From the NCBI GenBank assembly GCA_017962125.1, contig JAGCVZ010000013.1, forward strand, positions 18,509 through 82,508: a stretch of DNA of 64,000 nt. The letters run 5' to 3'. This DNA is from Alphaproteobacteria bacterium. Lineage in GTDB: Bacteria > Pseudomonadota > Alphaproteobacteria > Rs-D84. Positions 61,949 to 64,000 of this stretch are shown one piece after another. The translations under genes and the position numbers were made by a program. Position 1 is the stretch's first letter; every line of letters begins with the position of its first letter. Below the pieces are notes generated by a model, which searched no databases, had not been told where the DNA came from, and saw only the letters and a program-made list of their open reading frames with translations.

Positions 61949-63847
61949 TTATTGTTTTTTTACTTTGGATAGGTTTTTGTAAAATTCGTTCAGCATATAC
62001 ATATTATCTGTATTTTTTATCCCCAATGCATTTAATGCTTCGCGTTGCATTTTATTTGAATTTTCCGGCATCCAATACCCAACTATTTCAGGGAATATTT
62101 CTTTGAATTTTGGATAAATATCGTTACGTTCCTGGGATAATGCAGTAATAAAATCATAATATTTTTTTGGGATTCCACGTATTTTTTTCAAAGCAAGCAA
62201 ATCTGCAAATGTGGCATCCGCCAAGTGTAATTTTTGTGCTGTTTCATAGTATAGTTGATATAAAGCAATTGCACGTGGAAATATGACGTCCAATATTATA
62301 TATTGTGCAACAACAGTTTCACTGTAATATAATCTGGTTGCGGCATTTGTAGTGTTTTGTGCCAAAGAAATATATTTTTTTGCAGTATTTATACAAGATT
62401 TATAAAAACGGTGAACGGCGGATGCAGACATAGATTTTGCAATTTCATATGCTTTATTTAATGCAGGCAAATATCCCGGCAATTTTTTATGATTTCTGTC
62501 TTCAAACCATGAAAAGAATTTCATGCTATATTGGGAATCGCCACGTATAATATTCGGTGCAACACCAAATTTTTTACGGATAAACAAATCTAAATCTGAA
62601 ACATCTTTGGATTCCATCCATGGTGCATAAACATTCAACCTATTTGGTAACGATTCTGCCAAGACACAGCCACCGTTATATGGCACGCGTTTCATATTAT
62701 CAAACAACCATGCTTCATCCATCCAAGCGGTTTCATTTGATTGCATAAATTCGATATCTTCTTTGATTTGACCGGTGGTTGCATTCATTGTGATTATATC
62801 GCCGGTTTTGAACTTTTTCGTCGCGTTTGGATAATTAACTATGCATGGAATACCAAGTTCCCGTGATAAAATTGCAGCATGACTTAAAACGCCACCTTGT
62901 TCAGTTATAATACCAGAGGCGCGTTTCATAATTGGAACAAAGTCAACTTCGGTATAAAGTGCAACCAGTATCGCCCCATCTGGAAAATTATCAAAACGTT
63001 TTTTCATAATCTCTGGTGATGTATGCGCACCCAATTCTGGAATTACGTATACAGGGGCAGTCACAGTTCCGCCAACCACAGGAATAGCAGAATTATTGGT
63101 GCGATTTTTTATAAATACAGGTTGGGTTATTGGGCGTGCTTGGACAAACCAAACATGTCCATCAGAATCAATACACCATTCTGTATCCAATTTTTTCTTT
63201 GATTTATTACGCAGAATTTGTATTTTTTCAATTAAACTGTTTATTGAATCTATACCAGGCAATAATTTTCCAGAAATAGATATGTTATTATTATCCAAAA
63301 TATTGTTACGAACAGGCACTTTGATTTGTGTTGGTGTGACTAATCCAGAAACCAATTTATCACCAAGACCCGATGTGACTTCTATCAAAACAACTTCTGA
63401 ACTATCTGTGTCAACAGCACTGGTGAAAGCGACCCCAGAAATAACAGGATTGACCATTTTTTGAATCACGACACCCATATTATTGGTGCTGCCATCGTAT
63501 TCGTTTACGCGTAACGATTTACCACTGGCAATAACAGATGAAATCGCATTGCGTAAATCTTTCTTTGTTGTCGGGATATTTAATTTGCTTTCAAACATAC
63601 CAGCAAAAGATTTTTGTGCGCCATCTTCATTTGCGGCAGAGGAACGAACTGCAACTAAAACATTTTTGCCAAAATATTCAATAATTTCATCTAATGTTTT
63701 ATCAGATATATCGGATGCCTGTGACCAATTCAAAGCCACCCATTGTGGGACTGGCATCTTCAATTTATTTAACAAAGCAAGCCCTGCGGCTTTGCCACCA
63801 CAGGTATTTGAGTTATCATTATTAAATTTATTTGTTTTTTGGGTCAT
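61949..63847 (-). CDS. PEP-utilising-enzyme family phosphotransferase (PPDK-type ATP-grasp plus mobile phosphohistidine domain), rifampin-phosphotransferase/PEP-synthase-like
   Basis: ATP-binding CGGKAAGLALL N-domain, swivelling His domain GGVLSHAAILSRELGIPCIV, then a ~260 aa C-terminal domain of unknown family. Start at MTQKT follows AAAGGA. Confidence 0.65.
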   Translation of the reverse strand: MTQKTNKFNNDNSNTCGGKAAGLALLNKLKMPVPQWVALNWSQASDISDKTLDEIIEYFGKNVLVAVRSSAANEDGAQKSFAGMFESKLNIPTTKKDLRNAISSVIASGKSLRVNEYDGSTNNMGVVIQKMVNPVISGVAFTSAVDTDSSEVVLIEVTSGLGDKLVSGLVTPTQIKVPVRNNILDNNNISISGKLLPGIDSINSLIEKIQILRNKSKKKLDTEWCIDSDGHVWFVQARPITQPVFIKNRTNNSAIPVVGGTVTAPVYVIPELGAHTSPEIMKKRFDNFPDGAILVALYTEVDFVPIMKRASGIITEQGGVLSHAAILSRELGIPCIVNYPNATKKFKTGDIITMNATTGQIKEDIEFMQSNETAWMDEAWLFDNMKRVPYNGGCVLAESLPNRLNVYAPWMESKDVSDLDLFIRKKFGVAPNIIRGDSQYSMKFFSWFEDRNHKKLPGYLPALNKAYEIAKSMSASAVHRFYKSCINTAKKYISLAQNTTNAATRLYYSETVVAQYIILDVIFPRAIALYQLYYETAQKLHLADATFADLLALKKIRGIPKKYYDFITALSQERNDIYPKFKEIFPEIVGYWMPENSNKMQREALNALGIKNTDNMYMLNEFYKNLSKVKKQ

Positions 63848-63934
63848 CTGTAATCCTTTGATAACAATCAATATGGCATAAATTTGTGGATAATACAATA
63901 AAAATCCTGGTTAGCTCAATTTATAAAATCGGTG

Positions 63935-63965
63935 GAGTGGGAATGTGCAATCCCTTCGCCACCGC
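63935..63965 (+). repeat. Second partial copy of the tRNA-Met 3' portion (GGGAATGTGCAATCCCTTCGCCACCGCCCCA)
   Basis: Seen in sequence. Together with 61826-61855 it brackets the PEP-utilising enzyme gene. Confidence 0.6.
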
Positions 63966-64000
63966 CCCATTTTACATAATTCTACACACCGACTATATGG

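Overview
This 64 kb window reads as an AT-rich alphaproteobacterium, probably an intracellular or symbiont-type organism. Its protein set matches that group: SspB, QueH, a bL36-like protein, type-2 IleRS, and VirB3 next to a membrane-anchored VirB4. The housekeeping backbone runs as follows. recF (partial) and sspB are followed by accC-accB-yidD-rnpA, then mreB, tRNA-Val, metG, queH, fabD, fabG and mnmG. Next come nth, ileS, tRNA-Thr, pheST-rplT-rpmI, mreCD-mrdA-rodA, topA and dnaG. The window ends with virB3-virB4, rpmJ, ychF, lpxK-lpxC, gyrB, ung and tRNA-Met. Three other blocks sit among these genes. One is a tandem family of five paralogous proteins with a conserved C-terminus at 9268-11387. 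One is a partial type IVb (R64 thin-pilus-like) assembly cluster at 50.5-55.7 kb. The third is a set of small single-gene cassettes of unknown function, which is the strongest signal in the window. Each cassette carries its own extended -10 promoter and sits at the 3' end of a housekeeping gene (sspB, mnmG) or a tRNA (tRNA-fMet, tRNA-Met, probably tRNA-Thr). Each is bracketed by a second, diverged copy of the last ~25-100 nt of the target. In the two protein-gene cases almost every difference between the copies is synonymous, so the second copy came from a functional homologue in a donor. Beside tRNA-fMet three cassettes form a tandem array with conserved junction modules. Each junction has a promoter block, a hairpin, tRNA-3'-end-like fragments and a shared 150-nt element. 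No integrase or transposase is visible in the window. A short genome-specific repeat (TTAGTGTAAGTGGTTAGTG, both orientations) and a GGCGCAATGCGCC hairpin family mark many gene ends and cassette boundaries. Protein family assignments are from motif recognition by eye, not database searches.
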